64,000 bases of DNA, from NCBI GenBank assembly GCA_041652815.1, contig JBAZGN010000001.1, forward strand, positions 317,855 through 381,854, given 5' to 3'. A model generated the notes under the pieces. That model had not been told where the DNA came from, did not search any database, and worked only from the letters and a program-made list of their open reading frames with translations. A program made the position numbers and the translations under genes. Source of the DNA: Candidatus Omnitrophota bacterium. GTDB lineage: Bacteria; Omnitrophota; Gorgyraeia; Duberdicusellales; 4484-171. Shown piece after piece: positions 44,945 to 54,518 of the stretch (its first letter is position 1; each line of letters opens with the position of its first letter).

Positions 44945-46402
44945 ATGAAGATACTGTTCGTCATGCCGAAAATCGGCGCTTGGGCAACCCATGGAAATCA
45001 TTTTGCACCTAACCAGTTATATGCCCAGTGGGGAGCATATATCCGTGAGAAAGGTTATGACAATCTTGAGGTTTTAGACGCAACTGTCTTGGGTATTCCC
45101 ATTGAACACTTGGCTGAGAAAGTTAAAGAAAAAAATCCTGACGTGGTTGTCTTGGGCGATATGATTCATTGCTCGGTAGGCTTTGGCATAATCTGGCATT
45201 TTAACCAGGCTGCCGCAAGAATAAAACAGGTTTTACCAAAAACGAAAATAATTATGGGCGGGCTTTGGTATTCAGCCTTACCCGTTCAGACCTTGGAGGA
45301 TAATCCCGCGATAGATTATGTGGTTATGGGCGAAGAAGAATCCTTTTATGACCTTATCGATGCAATCGATAAAAATAAAAATATGAAAGATGTTGCGGGG
45401 GTAACCAGCCGCATAGATGGTAAGCCGGTAATGGGCCCGCATAAGCCGCTATTGCAGGATTTGGATAAATTGCCGCTTCCGGCTTATGATTTATTTCCTA
45501 TGGATAAATACATAGGGCATACTTTCTGGAAACCGTTTGTTGAAATGATAACGTCCCGTGGCTGCCCCTCAGCTTGTACTTTCTGTTATGAATGGGACCA
45601 GTATGACCCGCGCAGCCCGCAGGATTTTTTAACCTGGCGCGCAAAATCACCGGAGCGCGTTATTGAAGAGCTCGAGCTTTTAAAGAAAATGGGCACAAAA
45701 GTTGTGGTTATACAGGATGATAATTTTAATGTTAATCCCGAGAGAGTTGAAAAATTTTGTAACTTAAAGAAACAAAAAAACAATCCGATTAAATGGGTTT
45801 CTTTAGGAAGAGCTGTTGACTGGATTAATTGCGAAAAAATTTTGCCTCTAATGAAAGAAACCGGATTATTTATGGGGGTATTTGGAATTGAAGTGACCAC
45901 GCCGGAAGAGCTTAAAAAAATCGCCAAAGGAATAACCATTGATCAGATTAAAAAAACAATCGATATTTTACGCGCCCAGAATATCGCAATTGTCGCTGAT
46001 ATTATGATGGGCTTTGATGACGATACGGAATATTCCATAAAGCAGAGATTTGAATTTACCGACGAAGTTGACCCGGATATTCTTTGGGTTGGTTACGTTA
46101 CCCCTGCTCCTAATTCACCTATCTGGAGGCAAAGGGTAAAACGCGGGGAAATAGACCTTAAAAAAATTGATTTTCTTAAGTGGGATTTTTTACACCCGGT
46201 TATGCCGACAAAGCATTTAACCTTGGAAGATTACGGAAGGCTTGGCGCCTGGTGTATGCGCGAATTTTTCTCAAAACCGGGGCGCATTCAGAGAATTATG
46301 ACCAGTAATTTCGACCCGCTGGCAAAACTCTGCTTCGAGGATGTTATGCGCGGAGTTTCAAAGTGGGAAGCAGGAGCGGTTAAGGGGGAAAAGCATATTT
46401 AA
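44945..46402 (+). CDS. Class B (cobalamin-binding) radical SAM enzyme
   Basis: N-terminal B12-binding-like domain. CPSACTFC is a CxxxCxxC motif. Confidence 0.8.
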   Translation: MKILFVMPKIGAWATHGNHFAPNQLYAQWGAYIREKGYDNLEVLDATVLGIPIEHLAEKVKEKNPDVVVLGDMIHCSVGFGIIWHFNQAAARIKQVLPKTKIIMGGLWYSALPVQTLEDNPAIDYVVMGEEESFYDLIDAIDKNKNMKDVAGVTSRIDGKPVMGPHKPLLQDLDKLPLPAYDLFPMDKYIGHTFWKPFVEMITSRGCPSACTFCYEWDQYDPRSPQDFLTWRAKSPERVIEELELLKKMGTKVVVIQDDNFNVNPERVEKFCNLKKQKNNPIKWVSLGRAVDWINCEKILPLMKETGLFMGVFGIEVTTPEELKKIAKGITIDQIKKTIDILRAQNIAIVADIMMGFDDDTEYSIKQRFEFTDEVDPDILWVGYVTPAPNSPIWRQRVKRGEIDLKKIDFLKWDFLHPVMPTKHLTLEDYGRLGAWCMREFFSKPGRIQRIMTSNFDPLAKLCFEDVMRGVSKWEAGAVKGEKHI

Positions 46403-46463
46403 GCTTTCAGTCGTCAGCCGTCAGCTTTCAGCTGATGACTGAAAGCTGATAGCTGATAGCTGT
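46402..46463. repeat. Compound palindrome, CAGCTGAAAGCTG family (B5)
   Basis: agctttcagtcgtcagccgtcagctttcagctgatgactgaaagctgatagctgatagctg. Confidence 0.85.
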
Positions 46464-46464
46464 T

Positions 46465-47343
46465 ATGATTTGCGATAGCCATATACATTTTATTCCTCAG
46501 GAGATATCGGAAAATACTTCCTTTTATAAAGGGATATGGTCGGATAAAGTCCGGCTTTTTGAATTTCTGGATGTAAACAAGATTAATAAAGCGCTTTTGG
46601 TTTATCCGGCTACAGACGCGCATGTAAAATTAGGCTGGCAGAAATTATGTGAACTTTATAACTTTTTTTTGGCAGCATTAGTAGAAGAAAATCCCAAAAT
46701 TATCGGCTTTGGGATAGTTGATTTAAGTAGTAACATCTCTGCGCAGGTAAAGCATTTAAGAGAAGAGGGTTTCAAAGGAATCAGTATACCTTCTAGCCAG
46801 GACGGCGCATTCATTTTAGACAAACTTAAACCTTTGTTTGAGGCAGCAGAAAAACATAAACTTGCCATTTTCGTACACCCGCAGACAATAAACCCGATAG
46901 GTTTTGAACGCGTAAAAGACCCGCTTTTAATGCCGGTTTTAGAATACAGCTTTGATAGTTCTATGTTTTTAGGCGCTTTGATGATGGAAGGGATTTTAGA
47001 AAAATTTAATGTAAATTTTATTTTTTCATCTCTTGGCGGGGTCGTGCCATTCTTAAAGGACAGGTTCGACAGGGTTTATATGATGCTTAGGTCCCGCGAT
47101 ATGGTTAAAGATTTAGGCAAGCCGCCTTCAGAAATACTTAAAAAAGTATACGTCGATACTTCTGGTTCCTCCTTGGCAAACATCAAACTCGCAATTGATT
47201 TATTCGGTGAAGATAAAATTCTCTGGGGCTCGGATTATCCGGTAAATGCTAACATTCCAGAGAATTTAAATATATTGCAAGATTTAGATATAAATACAAA
47301 AAATAAAATTTTAAAAGAAAATTTTATCAGCCTGTTTAAATAA
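46465..47343 (+). CDS. Amidohydrolase-2 (ACMSD / aromatic-acid decarboxylase-like TIM-barrel metal hydrolase)
   Basis: N-terminal SHIHFIP, C-terminal LWGSDYP motif. Confidence 0.65.
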   Translation: MICDSHIHFIPQEISENTSFYKGIWSDKVRLFEFLDVNKINKALLVYPATDAHVKLGWQKLCELYNFFLAALVEENPKIIGFGIVDLSSNISAQVKHLREEGFKGISIPSSQDGAFILDKLKPLFEAAEKHKLAIFVHPQTINPIGFERVKDPLLMPVLEYSFDSSMFLGALMMEGILEKFNVNFIFSSLGGVVPFLKDRFDRVYMMLRSRDMVKDLGKPPSEILKKVYVDTSGSSLANIKLAIDLFGEDKILWGSDYPVNANIPENLNILQDLDINTKNKILKENFISLFK

Positions 47344-47360
47344 AGAAAAGAGGAGGTATT

Positions 47361-48176
47361 ATGAGCAATCCTGACAAAAACAAAAGAAGGGATATAGAAA
47401 AACCGGCAGTTCATACTACCATCGTTGGCGGCCGGCCACCAGGCTGCGGCAAAGAGATAGACAAAGTACCCAGGGGTATTGAAATTTTAGTTAAAAAAGC
47501 ATCTGTAGATCCTTCTTTTCGGGAAATTCTATTAAAGGAAAGAGCTGCTGCAGCAAAACATATAAACCTTTGTCTGGTAGAAAGCGAAGCAATTATTCTA
47601 AATACTATTTCAAAAGCTCAGCTAGAAGGAATGATTTTAGCAACGAAAGTGCATCCAAACTTAAAAGAGGTTTTTTTAGGCTGTACTGCCGCAGTGATGT
47701 TAGCGGCACTAACTACTACCGTAAATGCTTCAGATGATAGACGCGAAGTCGGAGGAATTAGGCCCGATGATGCTCCTGTTTCTTGCGATGAGAAGGAGAA
47801 CCCTTCATTTTTTAAGGCGGAAGAAGATAAACAGTTAGAAACAGGGATTTTGTTAGTAGAAGTTTTTGACCGCGCTACCAACAAGCCCGTAAAGGATGCA
47901 AAAATATATTTTCATAAACACAATGCAGGAGAAAAGCCACGCACGCCTACGTATGGAAAAGGGTATACTGACGAAAAGGGGCAATACATAATAAAAGAAA
48001 TACCCGTGGGAAGATTTTATATTCTCGTAAGTGATTGCAGTGGCAGAACGCCATACGAGAACACTTATCTAGACATTGCTGCCGGCAAGGAAAATAAAAT
48101 CACATTTAAAGTAAATAAAGATAATAACCCTCCATCATTATGGCACTACCAAACAAGAGGGATTAGTCCCAAATAA
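47361..48176 (+). CDS. Hypothetical protein with a C-terminal carboxypeptidase-regulatory-like (Ig-fold) domain
   Basis: GILLVEVFDRATNKPVKDAKIYF...TDEKGQYIIKEIPVGRFYILV. A hydrophobic central segment. SD AGAGGAGG. Confidence 0.45.
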   Translation: MSNPDKNKRRDIEKPAVHTTIVGGRPPGCGKEIDKVPRGIEILVKKASVDPSFREILLKERAAAAKHINLCLVESEAIILNTISKAQLEGMILATKVHPNLKEVFLGCTAAVMLAALTTTVNASDDRREVGGIRPDDAPVSCDEKENPSFFKAEEDKQLETGILLVEVFDRATNKPVKDAKIYFHKHNAGEKPRTPTYGKGYTDEKGQYIIKEIPVGRFYILVSDCSGRTPYENTYLDIAAGKENKITFKVNKDNNPPSLWHYQTRGISPK

Positions 48177-48186
48177 TATTAAGCCA

Positions 48187-49650
48187 ATGCGTGCAGACAT
48201 AACTTTGATTAATCTTAATATGCTTTTTATTCATTACGCCAATGGATTTGAAAAGGAACGTCATGTTCCGCTTGGCCCTTTATATCTTACTAGAGCGTTG
48301 GAGGATGCAGGCTTTGAAGTTGATTTTCGCGATTATCAAACTTGGTCCTGTAAAGACCCTTTTGATTTGAATGAATTTCTCGATTTCATGAAGGACCCTT
48401 CTCCTATTGTAGGATTTTCCTGCATGGCCAATTTATTGCCATTTACTATTCTGGCTACAAGGGCATTTAAACAGCGACATCCAAATTGTAAAATTATCTT
48501 AGGTGGCGTAGGGTCAAAATGCGTTGAAGAAAAAATACTAAAACGGTTTCCCTGGATAGAGTTAATCTGCCGCGGTGAAGGCGAAATAACCGGCCCTCAG
48601 CTTTTAAAAGCTCTAAAAACCGGGCAGAACCTGCGTGATATTAGGGGCATATCCTACCGGGAGGGTGAAGAAATTATCCATAATCTAGACCAGGAAAGGA
48701 TAACCAATCTTGACGTAATTCCTTTCCCGCAATTTAACAAAGTCAACCTTAAGGATTATGTCGGCTATGGTATGATGACCAGCCGCGGCTGCCCTTATCC
48801 TTGCACTTTTTGTTCTGTAGCGCCGATATGGAATTTGAATTATTATTCAAGAAGCCCCAAAAATATTGTTTCCGAAATGAAGCGCCTGCACCAAGAAGCA
48901 GGGATTGAAATATGCCTTTTTCAGGACGAATTTTTTGTTTCCGGCAAAAGACAAGTTATGGAATTCTGTAAAGAGTTTTCTGATTCAGGGCTTAAAATAC
49001 GATGGAAAGCTTTCGGCAGAATTAATCTTTGCGACACAGAAATGATGCAGGCTATGGCTGATACTGGCTGTGTTGAGCTTCGTTTTGGTATTGAATCGGG
49101 CTCTGACAATGTGCTTAAGCGCATAAAAAAAGGATTTACTACAAGCGAGGTTATGGAGATAATCCCCAAGGCTATTGAGATGTTTCCAAGAGTAGATACT
49201 TTCTATGTCTGGGGTTTTCCCTTCGAAAGCATGGAAGATTTTAATCAAACTCTTTTTCAGATGATTTCGTTTCGTTCAATGGGCGCCCGCATTCTCCCGA
49301 GCCTTCTTTCTCTATTGCCACAAACCGAAATTTATAAAGAGTGGGCGCCTCAGGCAAAGTTGGAACTTTGCCCTGATTTACTTCCGGAATTCGTGCTTAC
49401 TGGCCATGAGATTTGTAGCGGCATAGATATCTCTATACCCGAAAATTACAAAGATTATTTTAAACTTATTAAGGACAATCCGGATATATTCTCCGGTTTT
49501 TTTCTTATTGACACAAAAAACAATGTTTTACCTAAGCTTGAGCTTTTACGGCAATTCGGTTTCTATCCTTATTCCGAGAAACATAATAAAGATGAGCAGG
49601 CAGAAAGTTGCGGTGCGCATTCTCCTCATATAGCGCCTTCAAAAAAATGA
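48187..49650 (+). CDS. Second class B (cobalamin-binding) radical SAM enzyme
   Basis: The CPYPCTFC motif, with an N-terminal B12-binding-like domain. Confidence 0.8.
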   Translation: MRADITLINLNMLFIHYANGFEKERHVPLGPLYLTRALEDAGFEVDFRDYQTWSCKDPFDLNEFLDFMKDPSPIVGFSCMANLLPFTILATRAFKQRHPNCKIILGGVGSKCVEEKILKRFPWIELICRGEGEITGPQLLKALKTGQNLRDIRGISYREGEEIIHNLDQERITNLDVIPFPQFNKVNLKDYVGYGMMTSRGCPYPCTFCSVAPIWNLNYYSRSPKNIVSEMKRLHQEAGIEICLFQDEFFVSGKRQVMEFCKEFSDSGLKIRWKAFGRINLCDTEMMQAMADTGCVELRFGIESGSDNVLKRIKKGFTTSEVMEIIPKAIEMFPRVDTFYVWGFPFESMEDFNQTLFQMISFRSMGARILPSLLSLLPQTEIYKEWAPQAKLELCPDLLPEFVLTGHEICSGIDISIPENYKDYFKLIKDNPDIFSGFFLIDTKNNVLPKLELLRQFGFYPYSEKHNKDEQAESCGAHSPHIAPSKK

Positions 49651-50459
49651 TTATGAAAATATACCACAATGGAAAAATTGCTGATAAAGATACTTTAGAA
49701 GAAATTTTTGAACCGGGATTTCTTTTTGGTTGGGGTGTTTTTGAAACCTTACGCGCATATAATGGCAAAGTGCCATTTTTGGATTTACATATTGCCCGGT
49801 TAAATGATGCTCTTAATACATTAGGCATAGAAGAGCTCAAAACAGATTTCAAAGCTAAGATAAACGAACTTTTAAAGGTAAATAATTTAGAAGATGCCTA
49901 TATAAGAATTACTGCTTATAAAAAAAGAGAGTCTACTGGAGTGCTTATCTATGCAGATAAGTTCGGCTATTACCCTCAAAGCGCGTACGAAAAAGGATTT
50001 AGCGCCGTTATCTCTCCTTACCGGCGAAATATAAAAAATAACTTTTATACCATTAAATCATTGAGTTACCTTGAAAACAGGCTTTCCTGGTTTGAAGCGC
50101 AAAAGCAAAATAAAGATGAAGCTTTAGTTTTAAATGAAGATGGGTTTTTATCGGGTGGTTCCCGCAGCAATTTATTCATTGTAAAAGATCAGGACGTAAT
50201 TACTTCAAGCATTGAGAGCGGAGCATTTGACGGCATAACAAGAAAAATAGTAATTAGTGAGTTGAAAAAAATGAATATAAGCGTAAAAGAAGCACAAATT
50301 AGCATTGAAAATTTGTTTTCCTGTGCAAAAGAGGCATTCCTGACCAGCGCTTTACTGGAAGCAATGCCTTTGGTAGAATGTGGGGGCAAAAAGATAGGGG
50401 ATGGTAAACCCGGCAAGGTCACACTTAATGTTTTGGAGCAATACAGAAGCATCTTATAA
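49647..50459 (+). CDS. Class IV aminotransferase / aminodeoxychorismate-lyase family protein
   Basis: An ATGA overlap with the upstream radical SAM gene. Fold-type IV PLP motifs (RLNDAL, EAFLTSA). Confidence 0.7.
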   Translation: MIMKIYHNGKIADKDTLEEIFEPGFLFGWGVFETLRAYNGKVPFLDLHIARLNDALNTLGIEELKTDFKAKINELLKVNNLEDAYIRITAYKKRESTGVLIYADKFGYYPQSAYEKGFSAVISPYRRNIKNNFYTIKSLSYLENRLSWFEAQKQNKDEALVLNEDGFLSGGSRSNLFIVKDQDVITSSIESGAFDGITRKIVISELKKMNISVKEAQISIENLFSCAKEAFLTSALLEAMPLVECGGKKIGDGKPGKVTLNVLEQYRSIL

Positions 50460-50474
50460 GGCTAATCCAGGAAT

Positions 50475-50608
50475 TTAAATCACAAATTACAATGTACAAA
50501 TTACAAACAAATCACAATTCCGAAATCACAATAAACAAACATTTTTGTTATTTTGGAATTGTTTATTGTGTATTGTTTGTAATTTGTGGTTTGTGTATTG
50601 TAAATTAA
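50475..50608. repeat. Compound palindrome, CAAATCACAAT family (D2), complete
   Basis: aaatcacaaattacaatgtacaaattacaaacaaatcacaattccgaaatcacaataaacaaac...gtttattgtgtattgtttgtaatttgtggtttgtgtattgtaaatt. Confidence 0.85.
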
Positions 50609-50627
50609 TAATTTCATTCTAAATAGC

Positions 50628-51569
50628 ATGAAACTGTCACCATTATTCTGGCCGATTGAATTAAAAGGGAAAACTATTTATATCCTTGATGAAACCCTTC
50701 TGCCGCATAAAGTCAAATATATAAAGGCAAAAGATTATAAGCAGGCAGTCCGAGCGATAAAGGATATGAAAACCCGGGCAGTCGGACAGGTAATTCTTGT
50801 CTTTTATATTTTTCTTCTGGTTATAAGAAAGAATAAAAATAAGAAAGATATAAAACCAATTTTGTTTAAACTTGCCGAAATCATAAATGCTGCGCGGCCA
50901 ACCTTATCATTTAAATATCTAACCGATATGGTTTTGGGTTGGATGGTCTCTGGCGCGCCGCTTGAAGAAAGCATACTTGGATTTTTGGAAACACTTAAGA
51001 ATAAACGCATTCAGCAGGCGCGCGCGATGAGCGAATTACTGGCCGACGGCGATAGTATCTTGACGCATTGCAATATCAGCGGGCAGATGCCGGCAATTGG
51101 AGAATTCGCTCGCCAGCAAAAGAAGCATATAAGTTTTTTTGCGACGGAAACAAGGCCTTATCTGCAGGGCTCACGCTTAACCGCCTGGGAATTGCAAAAG
51201 CAAGGTTTTGACGTGACATTAATTTCGGATAATATGGTTGCGCAAATAATGCATGAGAAAAAAATAAATAAAGTAATTGTAGGAGCCGACCATTTAGCCC
51301 AAAACGGTGACATTGCCAATAAAGTTGGGACTTACCAGATTGCTATTTTGGCAAAACATTTTGGCATTCCTTTTTATGTTTTATGCCCGCCAGCTTCTCG
51401 CGCAAAAACCGGCAAGGATATTACAATTGAAATCAGGCCGCAAGTCGAATTACTCGAATATCAAGGGATTAAGCTTGCGCCGAAAGGTGTAAAAGGTTAT
51501 TATCCGGCGTTTGATGTAACACCGAATAATTTGATTACGGAACATATCTATTTGGATATTGAAAGATGA
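50628..51569 (+). CDS. eIF-2B alpha/beta/delta-family sugar-phosphate isomerase (MtnA-like 5-methylthioribose-1-P / 5-deoxyribose-1-P isomerase)
   Basis: IVGADHLAQNGDIANKVGTYQIAILAKHFGIPFYVLCP and N-terminal LDETLLP. Confidence 0.7.
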   Translation: MKLSPLFWPIELKGKTIYILDETLLPHKVKYIKAKDYKQAVRAIKDMKTRAVGQVILVFYIFLLVIRKNKNKKDIKPILFKLAEIINAARPTLSFKYLTDMVLGWMVSGAPLEESILGFLETLKNKRIQQARAMSELLADGDSILTHCNISGQMPAIGEFARQQKKHISFFATETRPYLQGSRLTAWELQKQGFDVTLISDNMVAQIMHEKKINKVIVGADHLAQNGDIANKVGTYQIAILAKHFGIPFYVLCPPASRAKTGKDITIEIRPQVELLEYQGIKLAPKGVKGYYPAFDVTPNNLITEHIYLDIER

Positions 51570-52567
51570 TATTCACAAAAGAAAAGACGCTCAAAGCCGA
51601 GATAATCAATATAGGTAAGAAACTATATGAATTACGCCTTGTAGTCGCACGTTCAGGGAATTTAAGCACCAGAATAGAGGGGAATAATATTTTAGTTACA
51701 GCCAGCGGCGCAAGCCTTGGCAGCTTAACCTATGAAGATATAATAAAAGTGGACCTCGACAATGACAAGGAGATTAAAAACCCTTGCTTAACCAGCGAAT
51801 TCCCTTTACACCGCCTGGTCTATAAAAATTTCTCAAATAAAATAATTATTCATTGCCATCCGACGCTGGTTAACGCTTACTTCGCGATTTATTCCGACCT
51901 TAAGGCGTTAACTTTTGAAACCAAACTTTATCTGGGTAATATCCCTGTGGTCGAGCAGGAGACCCCTGCAATTACTAAACCGGAATTAGTAATTAATGCC
52001 TTAAAAATTAACAATCTCGTTGTAGTAAAGAACCACGGTGTAGTAGCTATTGCAGATAAGTTTAGCGACGCTTTATATTTAATCGAATCCTTAGAGGAAG
52101 CAGTAAAGTTAGCCGCGACCGCGCGTTTATTTAAAAAAGAAATTCTTGATGGTTTGGATAAAGAATTGAAGGAAGATTTAACCCATGACAAGGCATATTT
52201 AATGTTTTCAGAAGAGCATATTCGCGCAATCGTGGAATTGGTGAACAAAGATGAATTTATCACAACCAAAGGCAAGGAATTAGATTTAACTCTACAGTAT
52301 GCCATAAAGCTTAACGGCACAGACAAGGTTTATAAATTTAATTTCGAAAAAGGAAAAATTACTAAATTAGAATTTGATGGTAATGCCCCTTTTGTAGCTT
52401 CGGCTTCCACGGATATCTGGCAATCGATTTTTTTAGGAAAGCTTGACCCCTTTGTAGCGGTCACCCAAGGCAAAATGAAGCTCGAGGGGCAGTTAGGCCA
52501 GCTTGCCCGCTGGTATGTTCCGTTTAGCAGGCTGTTTCAGATATTTAAGCAAGTAAAAATTAAATAA
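51566..52567 (+). CDS. Class II aldolase/adducin-domain protein (MtnB / Ald2-like) fused to a C-terminal SCP2 sterol-carrier-like domain
   Basis: ARSGNLSTRIEG ... IIIHCHPTLVNAY (aldolase II). The C-terminus GKMKLEGQLGQLARW is SCP2-like. ATGA overlap with the upstream gene. Confidence 0.65.
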   Translation: MIFTKEKTLKAEIINIGKKLYELRLVVARSGNLSTRIEGNNILVTASGASLGSLTYEDIIKVDLDNDKEIKNPCLTSEFPLHRLVYKNFSNKIIIHCHPTLVNAYFAIYSDLKALTFETKLYLGNIPVVEQETPAITKPELVINALKINNLVVVKNHGVVAIADKFSDALYLIESLEEAVKLAATARLFKKEILDGLDKELKEDLTHDKAYLMFSEEHIRAIVELVNKDEFITTKGKELDLTLQYAIKLNGTDKVYKFNFEKGKITKLEFDGNAPFVASASTDIWQSIFLGKLDPFVAVTQGKMKLEGQLGQLARWYVPFSRLFQIFKQVKIK

Positions 52568-52586
52568 TTTTTAATTGGAGGTGCGT

Positions 52587-53372
52587 ATGGATTGGGGAAT
52601 GAAAAACCGATTAAATCAGCTTATTCCTAATGGCCGCTGTTTCTTTTTACCTATCGACCACGGATATTTTCAGGGCCCAACCAGTTGTTTGGAAAAGCCC
52701 GGCGAAACCATAAAGCCCATACTTTCTTATTGCGACGCTCTTTTTGTAACCAGAGGGGTCTTGCGCGCAGCAGTGGATGCGGCTAATACCAAGCCGATTA
52801 TATTAAGAGTTTCCGGCGGCACAAGTATGGTAGGTAAAGATTTAGCTAATGAAGGAATTACTACTTCCGTAGAAGAGATTATTCGCCTTAATGCCTCTGC
52901 CGTAGGTGTTTCTGTTTTTATAGGAAGTGATTATGAGCACCAAACATTAATGAATCTCACAAAACTTGTTAACGAATGTGAGAATTATGGAATTCCGGTA
53001 ATGGCTGTTACTGCCGTTGGTAAAGAATTAGAAAAACGCGACGCGCGATACCTTGGTTTGGCTTGCCGTATTGCTGCGGAGCTCGGCGCACGCATCGTTA
53101 AAACTTATTGGTGCGAGAATTTTGATAAAGTCGTATGCGGCTGTCCGGTTCCTGTGGTTATTGCCGGAGGGCCTAAATGCGAAACCGAAAAAGAAGTATT
53201 TGAATTTGTGTATGATGGAATTCAAAAAGGAGCTATCGGTATAAATTTAGGCAGGAATGTCTGGCAGTGTGCCCAGCCGCAAGCAATGGCAGCGGCACTA
53301 CGGGCCATAATCCATGAAAATTGTAACGTAAAGAAAGCGCAAGAGATATTTAACGAGGTTAAAAAGAAGTAG
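52587..53372 (+). CDS. DeoC/LacD-family class I aldolase (DhnA-type)
   Basis: FFLPIDHGYFQGP N-terminus with a Schiff-base Lys context RIVKTYW. SD GGAGGTG before ATG 52587. Confidence 0.65.
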   Translation: MDWGMKNRLNQLIPNGRCFFLPIDHGYFQGPTSCLEKPGETIKPILSYCDALFVTRGVLRAAVDAANTKPIILRVSGGTSMVGKDLANEGITTSVEEIIRLNASAVGVSVFIGSDYEHQTLMNLTKLVNECENYGIPVMAVTAVGKELEKRDARYLGLACRIAAELGARIVKTYWCENFDKVVCGCPVPVVIAGGPKCETEKEVFEFVYDGIQKGAIGINLGRNVWQCAQPQAMAAALRAIIHENCNVKKAQEIFNEVKKK

Positions 53373-53489
53373 AGAATAGAGAGGCAATTAATTTCTATAA
53401 ATTTCAATGGCAATCGAAATTGGTATAAATTAAGGAATTAGTAGAAATTGATTGTGTAATGAATCTCTCCACCTAATAAATATAAAATA

Positions 53490-54518
53490 ATGAAAGTTGC
53501 AATGTATTATAACAACCGGGACGTGCGGATAGAAGAATTGCCAAAGCCAAAAATTGGCGCGGGAGAATTATTGGTAAAGGTGATTGCAAGCGGCATCTGC
53601 GGCAGCGATTGCTTAGAGTGGTACAGGGTAAAAAAAGCGCCACTTGTTTTAGGCCATGAAATAGCCGGTGAAATAGCCGAGGTTGGCAAAGATGTAGATA
53701 AGTATAAAGTTGGCGACAGGGTTTTTGTTTCGCATCACGTTCCCTGTAATACCTGCCGTTATTGTTTAAGCGGCAATCATACTGTATGCGAAACTCTGCA
53801 TACCACAAATTTCTCCCCCGGTGGTTTTTCCGAATACATTCGCGTGCCCCAGATAAATGTCGACAGAGGGGTTTTTCTCTTACCTAAAGAATTATCTTTT
53901 GAAGAGGCCACTTTCATTGAGCCTTTAGCTTGTTGTTTACGCGGCCAAAGAATGATAAATCTACAACCCGGCCAAACTCTACTTATTCTAGGTGCCGGCA
54001 TTTCCGGATTACTGCATCTTTTAGCGGCCCGCAGCCAGGGAGTATCTCGTATAGTAGTTACCGATATAAATGAATATAGGCTGAAATTAGCAAAGGAATT
54101 AGGGGCAACCAGCGCAATTGATGCGCGAAATGATTTGGTTGAGTGCCTTAAGCAGGCAAACGATAACCGGCTCGCAGACGTTGTTATGGTAGCTACTGGC
54201 GCGGATTCGGCATTTAAACAGGCACTTAAGTGTGTTGACCGCGCAGGAACAATACTTTTCTTTGCCACCACAACACCTGATGTAACTATCCCGATTCCGG
54301 TAAATGAATTCTGGCGCCAGAGTATAAAAATAATGCATTCTTACGGAGCAGCCCCCTTAGATCTAGCTATGGCAATAGATATGCTCCGCGCTAAACTTAT
54401 TCCAGTAAGCAAGTTGATTACCCATCGCCTGGCCATTGCCGATGCTGCCTTAGGTTTTAAATTGGTAGCTGAAGCAAAGGAATGTATCAAGGTTATTCTT
54501 AAGCCGCACATAAATTAG
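53490..54518 (+). CDS. Zinc-dependent medium-chain alcohol dehydrogenase
   Basis: GICGSDCLEWYR, GHEIAGEI, and a structural-Zn Cys cluster CNTCRYCLSGNHTVC. Confidence 0.85.
   Translation: MKVAMYYNNRDVRIEELPKPKIGAGELLVKVIASGICGSDCLEWYRVKKAPLVLGHEIAGEIAEVGKDVDKYKVGDRVFVSHHVPCNTCRYCLSGNHTVCETLHTTNFSPGGFSEYIRVPQINVDRGVFLLPKELSFEEATFIEPLACCLRGQRMINLQPGQTLLILGAGISGLLHLLAARSQGVSRIVVTDINEYRLKLAKELGATSAIDARNDLVECLKQANDNRLADVVMVATGADSAFKQALKCVDRAGTILFFATTTPDVTIPIPVNEFWRQSIKIMHSYGAAPLDLAMAIDMLRAKLIPVSKLITHRLAIADAALGFKLVAEAKECIKVILKPHIN

Noticed and set aside
47361-48176. RiPP precursor interpretation of the 271-aa protein between the two radical SAM genes
   Set aside because: It is far too long, has no leader-core architecture, and has a recognisable Ig-like C-terminal domain. 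It is more likely an accessory or structural protein.
53777-54271. 164-aa ORF antisense to the alcohol dehydrogenase
   Set aside because: It is antisense to a strongly supported conserved gene and has no features of its own.
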